DNA of 64,000 bases from Gammaproteobacteria bacterium (GTDB lineage: Bacteria > Pseudomonadota > Gammaproteobacteria > Steroidobacterales > Rariloculaceae), in the NCBI GenBank assembly GCA_022819855.1, contig JAJEGN010000011.1:184465-248464 (forward strand). Direction: 5' to 3'. A model generated the notes under the pieces. That model ran no database searches. It saw only the letters and a list, made by a program, of their open reading frames with translations, and was not told the DNA's origin. Position 1 is the first letter of the stretch. Every line of letters starts with the position of its first letter. Made by a program: the position numbers and the translations under genes. Below are positions 27,443 through 37,624 of this stretch, piece by piece.

Positions 27443-29758
27443 CTAGTTGGCGGCCGTTTGCTGCGCGGGCTCTCCTGCCCCCTTGCGCTTCATGCGGAAC
27501 GCCGGGCTCTTGACGATTCCGGCGACGAGGCGCGAGAAACGGTAGTCGTCTTCGGCCGCATCCCGGACGATGGCACGGATGGCCGGCATGTCGTGGTGCT
27601 CGACGCTCCTGCCGAGGGCGTAGGCCATGAGCTTCCCGGTCGCCCGCGCGACGAAGAGTTCGCGCCGGTCGAGGAGCGCCGCCCGCAAGCCTGCAGGCCC
27701 GTCGAGGGGCGTGCCGTCCCAGAGTTCGCCGCTCACGTCGATCGCGGCGCCGGCGTCAGTGGCGCGCCACCTGCCGATGAGATCGAAGTTCTCGAGCGCG
27801 AAGCCGATCGGGTCGATCATGCCGTGACAGCCCGCGCAGGCGGGATCCTCGCGGTGCCGTTCGAGCTGCTCACGCACGGATCCGGGTTCGCTCGTCGCGG
27901 CGGCCTTGGCGTCGAGGTCCGTGTCGACGTCTTCTGGCGGGTTCGGCGGAAGCGTGCCAAGCAGGTTGTCCATGATCCACGCGCCGCGCATGACGGGCGA
28001 GGTCCGGTTCGGCGGCGAGGTAATCGTCAGCAGGCTCCCGTGGCCGAGCAGGCCGCGCCGCGCATCGTCCTGGAGTTCCACGCGCCTGAAGCGGCTGCCT
28101 CGAATATTGGGCATGCCGTAGTGCCGGGCCAGTCGCTCGTCGACGAAGGTGTAGTCCGCGTCGAGCAGATCGACGATGCTGCGGTCTTCGCGAAGAACGC
28201 TCTCGACCAGCAGTTCCGTCTCGCGCCGGAAGGACCGGCGCAAGTTGCCGTCGAAATCGTTCGAGATGGGACTGACCGTGTCGAGTTGCCTCAGGCCCAG
28301 CCACTGCGATGCGAAGTTGTCGACGAGCGCGTAGGCCTTCGGATCGGCGAGCATCCGCTCGACCTCGCGCGCGAGCCCGGCATCGTCAAGGAGCCTGCCG
28401 TCGGCGGCGGCCTCGAGCAGGGCATCGTCCGGGATGCTGCTCCAGAGGAAGAAGGAAAGCCGCGAGGCGAGCTCGTATGCGCCAAGTGCGTAGACTTCCC
28501 CGGCGGCGAGATCCTCCGGTTCGCGCTCGAACCGGAAGATGAACTCGGGGTCGACGAGCACCCGTGCGAGCGCGTGCTGAATGCCGGTCTCGAAGGTGCC
28601 AAGTACGCGCCCGGTTCGGTAGAACTCGAGCACAGTCGCGAACGACGGATCGGACGCCGCAACGGGGCGCCGGTACGCGCGCGTCGCGAGTGCCGTGAGA
28701 ATCTCCGTCGCGCAGCGTTCCTCGTCACTGGCCCGGGCCGGTTCGCAGATGAAGATCCGTTGTCGGCTGGGCGTGTCGTCGGCGCCGGACGCTGCGAGCG
28801 GGCCGATGATGGATATCGCCTGCACGCCGGTGCTGCCCGCATGCACCGCGAAGAGGTCGTCGACCCCCGCCGGCCGGCTTCCGCGCACGATGGCCGCACC
28901 GAGCGTGTGCGCTCCGGCCTCGACGGGCAGCACGAATCTGGCCGGCACGCCGCGGCCGAGAACCCTGACCCGCGCCCCGTTCAGTGTGACCTCGACCGGT
29001 TCGTCGCCGCCGACTGCCCGTAGCCCGAAGCCGCCGCCGGCTCGGCGAATGCTGATCTCGTACTCCGCATCGAGCGGAAACACGTGCTCGACGAGGAAAC
29101 CGCCGCGCGTTCCGAGCGGCATCCCGTCGAGGTGCTCGGCCTGCGAGAGCCCGCGCGGCGCCGTGTAGGTCGCGATCTCGGCGCTGGTCGTCGGGTCGCC
29201 GACCGCGAGCCGGCTGATCTCGGCCGCAGCGGCGACATACGCTTGCATGTGTGCCGCAGACACGCTGAGCGCGCTCGCGATGTTGTCGAATCCATCGCTC
29301 GCGTCGTCTCCGGGCAGCAGCGTCGCGGTGTCGACGGGCAGTCCAAGCAGGTCGCGGATCGCGTTCGCGTACTCGGCGCGATTGAGACGGTGTAGTGCCG
29401 GCGCACCGGGGTTCGGGTCGGCAAGAGCAGCATCATCGAGCGTGGTTTCGAGCCAGGTTGCGAGTGAATCGAGACGCGCCGGTTCAGGTCGCGGTTCTCC
29501 GGGCGGCGGCATCATCCGCGCACGGAGCTTGCGGACCGCCGCTTCCAGGATCTCGCCGTGCCCGGCGACATCGTCGCGGTCGAGCGTGTCGAATGCGACG
29601 CCCCCAGCGAACTCCGCGTCGTTGTGGCACTCGACGCAGTAGCGGTCGACGAGCGCCCATTGTGCGTCGGCCGTGGGTTCGCCGCTTCGGCCGAGCCAGA
29701 CGGCGAGAACCGCAGCCGCTGCCAGCGCCGCGAAGACGATTGCGCCACGACGGTTCAC
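27443..29758 (-). CDS. DUF1592/DUF1585/DUF1587/DUF1588/DUF1595-family protein with two CxxCH motifs (module copy 2)
   Basis: DRYCVECHN and DPACAGCHGMIDPIGFALENFD. The GTG start at 29758 overlaps the ankyrin gene stop (GTGA). Confidence 0.85.
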   Translation of the reverse strand: MNRRGAIVFAALAAAAVLAVWLGRSGEPTADAQWALVDRYCVECHNDAEFAGGVAFDTLDRDDVAGHGEILEAAVRKLRARMMPPPGEPRPEPARLDSLATWLETTLDDAALADPNPGAPALHRLNRAEYANAIRDLLGLPVDTATLLPGDDASDGFDNIASALSVSAAHMQAYVAAAAEISRLAVGDPTTSAEIATYTAPRGLSQAEHLDGMPLGTRGGFLVEHVFPLDAEYEISIRRAGGGFGLRAVGGDEPVEVTLNGARVRVLGRGVPARFVLPVEAGAHTLGAAIVRGSRPAGVDDLFAVHAGSTGVQAISIIGPLAASGADDTPSRQRIFICEPARASDEERCATEILTALATRAYRRPVAASDPSFATVLEFYRTGRVLGTFETGIQHALARVLVDPEFIFRFEREPEDLAAGEVYALGAYELASRLSFFLWSSIPDDALLEAAADGRLLDDAGLAREVERMLADPKAYALVDNFASQWLGLRQLDTVSPISNDFDGNLRRSFRRETELLVESVLREDRSIVDLLDADYTFVDERLARHYGMPNIRGSRFRRVELQDDARRGLLGHGSLLTITSPPNRTSPVMRGAWIMDNLLGTLPPNPPEDVDTDLDAKAAATSEPGSVREQLERHREDPACAGCHGMIDPIGFALENFDLIGRWRATDAGAAIDVSGELWDGTPLDGPAGLRAALLDRRELFVARATGKLMAYALGRSVEHHDMPAIRAIVRDAAEDDYRFSRLVAGIVKSPAFRMKRKGAGEPAQQTAAN

Positions 29759-31305
29759 CGTGCCTGCTCCGCTGCGATGAGTTCCTCGAGCAGCGCGATC
29801 GTTGCGGGCTTGCGCTCGGCGCCGACCGCGGCAAGAAAGACGCCCTCGGCCCAGCGCAGCGGTGTGCGCCCATGGACGTCTGCGACATCGAGCCGCGCGC
29901 CGTTGGCGACGAGAAACTCGATGATTTCGTTCGAGCCCCGGTTCGCCGCGCCGAGCAGGGCCGTCAGGCCCATGGAGTTGGTCGCGTTGATGTCGGCGCC
30001 GAGTTCGAGGCAGAGCGCGATGGCCTCGAGCAGGGCTTCAGGCGACACGGTGTAGGTCTGCGCGACGACCCAGTTGACGCCGGCCGCCGCCATGAGGGGC
30101 GTGGTGCCCGCGAAGGTCGGCAGATTGGCGTCGGCGCCGTGGTCGAGCAGCAGGCGCATCGCGACGGTATCGCCTGAGAGCGCCGCCCTTAGAAATGGTG
30201 TCTGGCCCGTGAAATCGACCCACGAGACGTCGCCGAGGGAATACAGCCAGCGCCGGCTCGGCGGAACTTCGCGCGTACGGGCGTTGACGTTGGCTCCCTG
30301 TTCGAGCAGCTCGCCGATGAAGTCCAATATGGGTTCGCGATCCACGCCGTTGTCGGTCGGACTGTCCTGGTCGCGGTTGTTCATGTCGAGGTTGCGGTAC
30401 TCGACGGCGGCGAAGAGCGGCGTACGGCCCCAGAAGTCGTCGACGTTGATTTCGGCGCCGCGTTCGAGCAGCAGGCGCGCGACGCCGAGTTGATTGTTGA
30501 GCGACGCCATGAGCAGTGGGCTGATGCCGTTCGCTTCGGTAATCTCCAGGTTTGCACCCGCGTCGACGAGCAAGCGCGCGGCGTCGAGCCGGCCGTCGCG
30601 CGCCGCGTAGAGCAGCGGCGTCATCCCGCCGAGTGCGGCAGCACGGCGGCCGTGGTCGGGCAGGCCGCCGCGATTGATGCCCACGCCCTCCGAGCCGCAA
30701 CCGGTGCCCTTGCAGGGCGGCGCGAATTCGGGCGTCGCTCCGATGCGTGTTTGCGCATCGACTTGTGACCCGCGTTCGATCAGGAGTGCGACCGCGGCCG
30801 GATGGTTCTCGCGGACAGCGAGCATCAGTGCCGTCTGCTGGTACGTGAGATCCGGCGTATCGACTCTTGCGCCGCGATCGATCAGGAGCGCCATCGCGTC
30901 CGTTTTGCCGGTGCGCGTCGCGGTCATGAGCGCCGTCTCGCCGGTCGGCGCCGTCGAGTTCGGGTCGGCGCCCGAATCGAGCAACGCCGCGATGAGTTCG
31001 ACGCTGCCGTTCTCGGCCGCCAGGTGCAGCGGCGTCACGCCGTAACGGTCTTCGGAAGCCGCGTTCGCTCCCGTGCGAAGCAGCAGCTCCGCAAGCTCAC
31101 GGTGTTCGCCGCGCACGGCCCAATGCAGCGCCGTCGTGCCGTCGACGGCCGTGCCGTTGATGTCGGCGCCCTGGTCGAGAAGCGTGCCGGCCAGGGCGGT
31201 GTCGCCGCGGCTTGCGGCCTCGATCAGAGTGGTTTCGTCGGCCAGTGCGGCCGCTGCCGGGAGGGCCAGCAACAGCAGCGCACGCTTCAGGGCTCGAACA
31301 GGCAT
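29755..31305 (-). CDS. Exported ankyrin-repeat protein (module copy 2)
   Basis: Start at ATG 31305 (MPVRALKRALLLLALPAAAALA). Repeated ankyrin units (TALHWAVRGEHRELAELLLRTGANA and others). Confidence 0.85.
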   Translation of the reverse strand: MPVRALKRALLLLALPAAAALADETTLIEAASRGDTALAGTLLDQGADINGTAVDGTTALHWAVRGEHRELAELLLRTGANAASEDRYGVTPLHLAAENGSVELIAALLDSGADPNSTAPTGETALMTATRTGKTDAMALLIDRGARVDTPDLTYQQTALMLAVRENHPAAVALLIERGSQVDAQTRIGATPEFAPPCKGTGCGSEGVGINRGGLPDHGRRAAALGGMTPLLYAARDGRLDAARLLVDAGANLEITEANGISPLLMASLNNQLGVARLLLERGAEINVDDFWGRTPLFAAVEYRNLDMNNRDQDSPTDNGVDREPILDFIGELLEQGANVNARTREVPPSRRWLYSLGDVSWVDFTGQTPFLRAALSGDTVAMRLLLDHGADANLPTFAGTTPLMAAAGVNWVVAQTYTVSPEALLEAIALCLELGADINATNSMGLTALLGAANRGSNEIIEFLVANGARLDVADVHGRTPLRWAEGVFLAAVGAERKPATIALLEELIAAEQAR

Positions 31306-31611
31306 GCTCGTCACTCTACGGAACGTTCGATCGTGGTTGTCCGCCAAATTCCTGCCCTGGCATGGTCTTTGGGGCCGTAGCGGGAATCGCCGTGCCGCAT
31401 CAGACTCCATGCGACTCGGGGCATCCACCGTTGGCCGTCGGCTTCCAGACAATCAACCGATTGTAGACGAAGCGCACAGCGCAGCGGTCAGGCCCTCATC
31501 CCGAACTCACCGCGTACCCCAAACCGTCATGCTCGCAGCGCTCAAGTCCCGATGCATGCAAGCTGTCGGCCTCGCAAACGAACGCCGTTTCCCGGCAGGG
31601 ACATGGGCGTG

Positions 31612-32013
31612 TCAATCCAGATCGAGCCCGCCGAGCACGATCAGGTAATAGCTCACGATGCCGACGACCGCTTCATCCTCGATCACGAGAGCGTGACTGA
31701 TGCCGAATCGTTCGAACAGGCGCGCGCAATTCCGGATGCTCATGTCCGGCCGAACGGCGATCACGGGCTTCGCCATGATCTCGTAGACATTGACGCGCTC
31801 CGGCGCACGGTCCCTGGCGATGACTTCCTTGGCGATGTCCGAGAAGAGCACCATGCCGTACTCGTCACTCTCGTGCCGCTTCTCGACGACCAGGCAGGTC
31901 GTGCGGGCGCGCTTCATCACGCGCATGGCTTCCATCACGTCGATGCCGCCGTCGACTTCGGTCACCGGCGAGCGCATGACGTCGCGGACGGTGATGTTGG
32001 GGCGTTCGTTCAT
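31612..32013 (-). CDS. CBS-domain pair protein
   Basis: ITVRDVMRSPVTEVDGGIDVMEAMRVMK... and ...VYEIMAKPVIAVRPDMSIRNCARLFERFGISHALV form two CBS motifs. There is an ATGA overlap with the upstream PII-like gene. Confidence 0.8.
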   Translation of the reverse strand: MNERPNITVRDVMRSPVTEVDGGIDVMEAMRVMKRARTTCLVVEKRHESDEYGMVLFSDIAKEVIARDRAPERVNVYEIMAKPVIAVRPDMSIRNCARLFERFGISHALVIEDEAVVGIVSYYLIVLGGLDLD

Positions 32014-32360
32014 AGCTGATCCTCCACGACTTCGACCAGTTCTTCGGCCTGGTGTATGACTCCGACGGCATCCTCCACATCGAGCTGGATTGCGATGCCG
32101 GTGCCCGGTTTGGCGTCGAATTCTCCGACATCGGCGATGTGTTCGAGAATTCCGCGGCTCATGTGTTCTTCGACGAGCAGGAGCAGCACGTCGCGCTGGG
32201 TCGAGAGCGTCAGGCCGAAAAAGGTCGTGTGTTTCGATATGCCCTCGCCGCGCGCGTGGCTGATCAGCGTCGAGCCCGTTGCGCCGCTCTCCCTCGCGGC
32301 CTCAAGGACCGCTTCGGTCTTGCTGTCGTCGACGAAGGCGATGAGAAGTTTGAAGTGCAT
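32010..32360 (-). CDS. P-II (GlnB)-like signal-transduction protein
   Basis: MHFKLLIAFVDDSKTEAVLEAARESGATGSTLISHARGEG fits the beta-alpha-beta PII-like pattern. The start lies 1 nt after the upstream stop. Confidence 0.72.
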   Translation of the reverse strand: MHFKLLIAFVDDSKTEAVLEAARESGATGSTLISHARGEGISKHTTFFGLTLSTQRDVLLLLVEEHMSRGILEHIADVGEFDAKPGTGIAIQLDVEDAVGVIHQAEELVEVVEDQL

Positions 32361-32361
32361 G

Positions 32362-33168
32362 TCAGTCCTCCGTTGGTGATTGTCTGTCACGATTTCGGGC
32401 GCGCTCGCGTGCTTCGCGGCGCGCGTCGAGCAGGGCGGTGATCTGTGCGTAGGCCAGCACGGTCATGATGGGAAACAGGCAGGTCAGCGCGATCATCCCG
32501 AAACCGTCGAGCAGCACGCTGCGCCCGGGAACATTCGCCGCGAGTCCGAGCCCCAGGGCCGTTACGAGCGGCACGGTGACGGTCGACGTCGTGACGCCGC
32601 CCGAGTCGTAGGCGAGCGGAACGAGCAGGCGAGGAGCAAAGGCCGTCTGTATCAGCACGATCGCGTAGGCGGCGGCGATATACCACTGCAGAGGCGTGCC
32701 GGTCAGAATCCTGAAGCAACCGAGTGCGACGCCGAAGCCGACTCCAAGTGCGACGACGACACGAAGGCCCCACACGTGAATGGCGCCGCCGGAGACTTCG
32801 CCTGCCTTCAGGGTGACGGCCAGCAGCGCCGGCTCCGCGATCGCGCTGCTGAAGCCGATGGCGAACGCGAAAATGAGCACCCAGTAGTAGGCGTACCAGG
32901 GCAGCAGCGTGTCGGCGTTCGCGCCCGAACCGATCGCCGTCAACTGCTCGGCGACGAATCGTCCGAGCGGGAACAGCGCCCGCTCCAGTCCGAGCAGGAA
33001 CAAGCCGAGCCCGATGACGACGAAGCAGAGCCCCACGATGATCCGCGAGATGTTGACGAAACGGCGCCCGAGCACGACGCCGTGAAAGAAGATCAGGAAG
33101 GCGGCGATCGGCAGCACATCGAGCGCCGTCGACGCGATCGTTCCGAGCATGCCGACGATCAGGTCCAC
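32362..33168 (-). CDS. DUF1538-family integral membrane protein (second of pair)
   Basis: Polytopic hydrophobic protein. [24 protein letters not shown] is shared with the neighbouring paralogue. Confidence 0.8.
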   Translation of the reverse strand: MDLIVGMLGTIASTALDVLPIAAFLIFFHGVVLGRRFVNISRIIVGLCFVVIGLGLFLLGLERALFPLGRFVAEQLTAIGSGANADTLLPWYAYYWVLIFAFAIGFSSAIAEPALLAVTLKAGEVSGGAIHVWGLRVVVALGVGFGVALGCFRILTGTPLQWYIAAAYAIVLIQTAFAPRLLVPLAYDSGGVTTSTVTVPLVTALGLGLAANVPGRSVLLDGFGMIALTCLFPIMTVLAYAQITALLDARREARERARNRDRQSPTED

Positions 33169-33890
33169 GCGATGACGACCCCGTAGCCCATGACGAAGAT
33201 CATCGGCGTCAGCGACGCGAACGCGATCAGCCCGAAGCCGTCGGTCATCGGATTGCGCCCGCCGATCGAGGACGCGAGCCCGACGCCGAGCGCGGCGACG
33301 AGCGGCACGGTGACGGTCGACGTGGTGACGCCGCCCGAGTCATAGGCGATCCCGATGATCTCGGCCGGCGCGAAGAACGTGACGCCGACGACGAGTGCGT
33401 ACCCGCTGATGATGAGTTTGACGAGCGACCAGCCGGCGATGATTCGCAGAACGCCCAGGACGATCGCCGAGCCGACGGCGAGCGCGATCGAGATCCTGAG
33501 CCCGAGCGCGAAGAGGTCCCTAGCTCCCTCGTTGTCGGCGATGAAGCCGGCCGCGGCCGTAGTTGCGGCGGCTTCGCCGGCAACCGCGGTTACGGCCGGT
33601 TCCGCGATCGTGCTGCCGAATCCGAGCAGAAAGGCGAACAGGACCAGCCAGAGGACGCTACCGCGACGCGCGAGCGCATGTGCAAGCGTTTCGCCCATCG
33701 GGAAGAGCGCAAGTTCGAGACCGTAGGTGAAGAGCGTCAGGCCGAGCACGACCGCGATGACGCCGTCGATCAGTGCCGCGAGTTCGCCGATGGGCCGATC
33801 CAGGACGAACAACTGAAAGAACAGGATCACGAGCACGATCGGCAGCAGATCCCTGATGCTGCCGAGAGCGATAGTGGAGAAGCGGTGCAC
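33159..33890 (-). CDS. DUF1538-family integral membrane protein (first of pair)
   Basis: Polytopic. [24 protein letters not shown]. There is a 10-bp overlap with the downstream paralogue. Confidence 0.8.
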   Translation of the reverse strand: MHRFSTIALGSIRDLLPIVLVILFFQLFVLDRPIGELAALIDGVIAVVLGLTLFTYGLELALFPMGETLAHALARRGSVLWLVLFAFLLGFGSTIAEPAVTAVAGEAAATTAAAGFIADNEGARDLFALGLRISIALAVGSAIVLGVLRIIAGWSLVKLIISGYALVVGVTFFAPAEIIGIAYDSGGVTTSTVTVPLVAALGVGLASSIGGRNPMTDGFGLIAFASLTPMIFVMGYGVVIAWT

Positions 33891-34129
33891 GCGTGTCTCT
33901 GGAGCGGGCTTGCGGTCAGCTCGGCGTGCGGGGGAACGTCATCACGAGGCGAGTGTACCGCCAAAATATGTTCAATATTCTCGCTCCTCGCGCCTGGTCA
34001 GGCGGGCGCCTCGCCGGTCTCGGTGCGATGCGGAGTTCTGACACGGGCTGCTAGCGCTGTTGGCAGCCCGCGCTGCCCGCGGGTAGCATGCCTCGCGACA
34101 CCACTGAAGCAACCACACACGCCTGACCC

Positions 34130-35974
34130 ATGGACGCCCGGACCTACTTTGAAAAACTGAATCAGGACTACCTCGGTGTCTCGACGCCGAAGGAGAAGCT
34201 GTTCTGGACGAATTACATGGGCACGACGGACGATCACGAAGCGTTCGCGGCGGCCGAGACGGCTTACAAGGATTTCGTCGCGAACCCCGAACGCATCGGG
34301 GAACTGCGCAGCCGGATCGCGGCGGCCGAACAGGCGCCCGCGGGCGACGAGCGGGATCGGCTGCTGCACGGTCTGCGCGGCTGGCTCGACTTTTTCGAGG
34401 TCAACGCGATCGAGAGCGCCGACGCCCGCGACATGGCGAGCGGCCTCGTCCAGGACGACACGGATATCTTCGCCCGGCGCAAGGAGCTGACGCTCCACTA
34501 CGACAACGAAGCGGGGGAGCGCACCGAGGCCTCGACGCTCGTCCTGCGCACGAACCTCGTGAGCGCCACCGACGAAGGTGTCCGAAAGTCCTCGCACGAT
34601 GCGCTGCTCAAGCTCGAGCGCTGGGTTGTCGACAACGGCTTCCCGGAAATGGTTCGTCGGCGCAACGCCTTCGCGCGCGCACTGGGCTATCGCAACTACT
34701 TCGATTACAAGGTCAACTTCGAAGAGCGCATGACGCCGGAGACCCTGTTCGCGATTCTCGACGAGTTCGAAGAACAGACGCGCGACGCGCAGCAGCGCGG
34801 TTTCGGGCAACTGGCCGCGCAGCACGGCGACGAGGCGCTGGCCGCGCACAACCTGGGCTACTACATTCGCGGCGACACGACGCGCGCGTTCGACCCGTAC
34901 CTGCCGTTCGCGAAGAGTCTGCAGCGCTGGGTCGAGTCCTTCGGCCGCATGGGCGTCGAGTTTCGGGATGCCGAACTCACACTCGATCTGCTCGACCGCA
35001 AGGGCAAGTACGAGAACGGCTTCATGCACGCGCCGCGGCCCGCCGGGTACCGCAACGGGACCTGGCTGCCCGCGGCCATCAACTTCACGAGCAACGCGAC
35101 CCCGAATCAGGTCGGCAGCGGCGACGACGGCCTGCTCACGCTGTTCCACGAGGGTGGACACGCCGCGCATTTCGCGAACATCGCACAGAACGCGCCGTGC
35201 TTCAGCCAGGAGTTCCCGCCGACCTCGATGGCCTACGCGGAAACGCAGTCGATGTTCTTCGACAACCTGCTCAACGATGGCGACTGGCTCAAGCTCTACG
35301 CGCGCAACCGTGCGGACGAGGAGATTCCCGACGAGTTGATCCGGCGCAAGATCGAAGCGAGGCAGCCGTTCGCCGCCTACGCCGAGCGCTGTCTGCTCGT
35401 CGTGCCGTACTTCGAATGGGCCGTCTACTCGATGCCGGACGCCGAACTCACCGGCGAGCGGCTCATCGCGCTTGCGCGCGAGACGGAACAGCGGATCTTC
35501 GGGCTCGACGGCGCGCCAAGGCCCTTGCTCGCGGTACCTCACCTGCTCGACCGCAGTTCCGCCTGCTGCTACCACGGCTACCTGCTTGCGAACATGGCTG
35601 TGTTCCAGACGCGCGCCTGGTTCACCCGGCAGTTCGGCTATCTGACTGACAACCCCCGTATCGGCCCGCTGCTCGCCGAGCATTACTGGGCGCCAGGCAA
35701 CAGCATGAGCCACGAGGACACGCTCAGGAGCCTGACCGGCGAAAGCTTCACCGGGCGCTATCTCGCCGACGACTGCAACCGGTCGGTCGACGCGGCCTGG
35801 CAGGAGGCCCGTGAGTCGATTCAGGCAGCGTTGAGTCGCGAGCGCCCGCCCGTCAAACCCTTGAAGGCGTCAATCCGCGTCGTGCACGGCGACGAGCTTC
35901 TGGCCGACAACAGCGAGTCCGATGAGGCCATGTTCGCGGCTTTCGAGGCCTGGATCGATCGGCACTATCACTAG
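34130..35974 (+). CDS. M3-family zinc metallopeptidase (oligoendopeptidase-like)
   Basis: HEGGHAAHF (HExxH) in a ~600-aa protein with the general M3 layout. Confidence 0.78.
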   Translation: MDARTYFEKLNQDYLGVSTPKEKLFWTNYMGTTDDHEAFAAAETAYKDFVANPERIGELRSRIAAAEQAPAGDERDRLLHGLRGWLDFFEVNAIESADARDMASGLVQDDTDIFARRKELTLHYDNEAGERTEASTLVLRTNLVSATDEGVRKSSHDALLKLERWVVDNGFPEMVRRRNAFARALGYRNYFDYKVNFEERMTPETLFAILDEFEEQTRDAQQRGFGQLAAQHGDEALAAHNLGYYIRGDTTRAFDPYLPFAKSLQRWVESFGRMGVEFRDAELTLDLLDRKGKYENGFMHAPRPAGYRNGTWLPAAINFTSNATPNQVGSGDDGLLTLFHEGGHAAHFANIAQNAPCFSQEFPPTSMAYAETQSMFFDNLLNDGDWLKLYARNRADEEIPDELIRRKIEARQPFAAYAERCLLVVPYFEWAVYSMPDAELTGERLIALARETEQRIFGLDGAPRPLLAVPHLLDRSSACCYHGYLLANMAVFQTRAWFTRQFGYLTDNPRIGPLLAEHYWAPGNSMSHEDTLRSLTGESFTGRYLADDCNRSVDAAWQEARESIQAALSRERPPVKPLKASIRVVHGDELLADNSESDEAMFAAFEAWIDRHYH

Positions 35975-36086
35975 CGATTCCTTGCGGCGATTGCGATGCG
36001 GCGCGGCCGTGTCGAGCGCACAGTGACACCCCGAGCCTGGCCAGCGCCGGCGCGCGGTGAGAGCCGATGTCCGGCGTGGACCGGCT

Positions 36087-36368
36087 TCAGCGCTGCTTGT
36101 CGTGACGGAGGCGGGTTGCCGCGGCCAGTGCGGCGCCGGGCCGCGACATGCCCGGAAAGCGTTCGAGTTCGTGGCTGATCAGCCGCTCGGCCAAAGCCTT
36201 GTCGCCGTGGCAGAGCCTGACGAGTTCCGCTTCATGGTCCCAGGGGCGGAACCGTCCTGTGCGAAGCGCTCTCCATAATGTCCGCGACTTGTCGACGGCG
36301 CGTGGGCGTCGCCTGAGCAGCCACAGGACGAGCACGACGCCGAGAACGATCAGGATCGTCGTTTCCAT
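36087..36368 (-). CDS. Small membrane-anchored hypothetical protein
   Basis: N-terminal TM (TTILIVLGVVLVLWLL) followed by RRRPR. It lies 27 nt downstream of the antiporter gene on the same strand. Confidence 0.45.
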   Translation of the reverse strand: METTILIVLGVVLVLWLLRRRPRAVDKSRTLWRALRTGRFRPWDHEAELVRLCHGDKALAERLISHELERFPGMSRPGAALAAATRLRHDKQR

Positions 36369-36395
36369 GTCGAGCCGTTCCAGGAGTTACCCCGT

Positions 36396-37349
36396 TCAGC
36401 CGATCGTGCTGAAGAGCCACGCCATGTAGCCGGCGTAGCACGCCAGCAGCACCGCGCCTTCAAGCCGTTCGAGACGCGGCTTGACGAGCATGACGGCGAG
36501 CGCGACGAGCGACGTCGTGACCATGACGCCGAGATCGACGGGTCCGACGCCGTTCGGTACGAGCGGCCTGACGAGCGACGTCGCGCCGAGGATCAGCAGC
36601 AGATTGAAGATGTTCGAGCCGATCAGGTTGCCAGCCGCCAGTTCCGGCTGGCCGCGCCGCGCCGCGACGATGCAGGTCGCAAGTTCCGGCAGGCTCGTAC
36701 CGAGTGCCGCAGCCGACAGGCCGACGAGCGCCGACGAAATACCAAGCGCGAGGGCAATTTCGACGGCGGCCCGGACGAACAGGTCGCTGCCAAGGATGAG
36801 CATTGCGAGACTCGCTGCGCCAAACAGCAAGTTGAGCAGGATCGACACATCCGGTTTCGCGCCCGGAGGCGCGTCGGCGGCGAAGGTGGCCGGATAGCGC
36901 CCCGCCTGCGCGTCCCGGACGGTCAACGTCACATAGGTGACGATGGCGGCGACCAGTACGAATCCCTCGATTCGCCCCAGTTGCCCGTCGAACAGCAACA
37001 GTAGCGGAATGGCCAGCGTGGCCAGAACCAGCACGACGGAGTCGCGCGGCACCAGTTGCCCCTTGAGACGCGGCCGCCCGATCAGCGCCGTCACGCCGAG
37101 CACCAGCGTGATGTTGCAGATGTTGGAGCCGACGACGTTGCCGACGGCGAGCCCCGGAGAATCGCGAAACGCCGCGGCCAGACTGACGGCGAGTTCTGGA
37201 GCGCTCGTGGCGAACGCGACGATGGTCAGGCCGACGACCAGCGGTGTCAGCCCGAACCGTATCCCGAGCGCCGCGCTTGCGCGCACGAGACCTTCGCCGC
37301 CGAACCAGAGCAGCGCGAGCCCCGCGAAAAACAGCAGCACCATTGTCAT
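36396..37349 (-). CDS. CaCA-family calcium/sodium antiporter (YrbG-like)
   Basis: Two alpha-repeat signatures (GLTIVAFATSAPELAVS ... GNVVGSNICNI, and GTSLPELATC ... GNLIGSNIFNL). Confidence 0.88.
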   Translation of the reverse strand: MTMVLLFFAGLALLWFGGEGLVRASAALGIRFGLTPLVVGLTIVAFATSAPELAVSLAAAFRDSPGLAVGNVVGSNICNITLVLGVTALIGRPRLKGQLVPRDSVVLVLATLAIPLLLLFDGQLGRIEGFVLVAAIVTYVTLTVRDAQAGRYPATFAADAPPGAKPDVSILLNLLFGAASLAMLILGSDLFVRAAVEIALALGISSALVGLSAAALGTSLPELATCIVAARRGQPELAAGNLIGSNIFNLLLILGATSLVRPLVPNGVGPVDLGVMVTTSLVALAVMLVKPRLERLEGAVLLACYAGYMAWLFSTIG

Positions 37350-37624
37350 CGGAGAAGGAGCATGTGAGAGGCGTCGTTGGAGAGCGGTTTTTTGGCAATC
37401 ATCGCCGCGGGCAGTTGCGCGGGGATTCTAGCAGTCCGGGGCAGGAGCCCCACCGAACGGGGCTCACGACAACCGCGCGGAAGACGGTAGATCTATCAGT
37501 GTCGCCTTCCACTCAAGCCGGGTTGCCCGTCGTGGAGTGGGAAGGCCGCGCCCATTGGCGCGACACGGGATTCGCTGCCGCCCGTCAGCAGGCTCATGCG
37601 GTAACATCCGCGGCGGATCGCGCC

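Noticed and set aside
33998-35713. 571-aa ORF antisense to the M3 peptidase gene
   Set aside because: It is an antisense shadow. The plus strand carries HEGGH in a coherent peptidase-sized protein.
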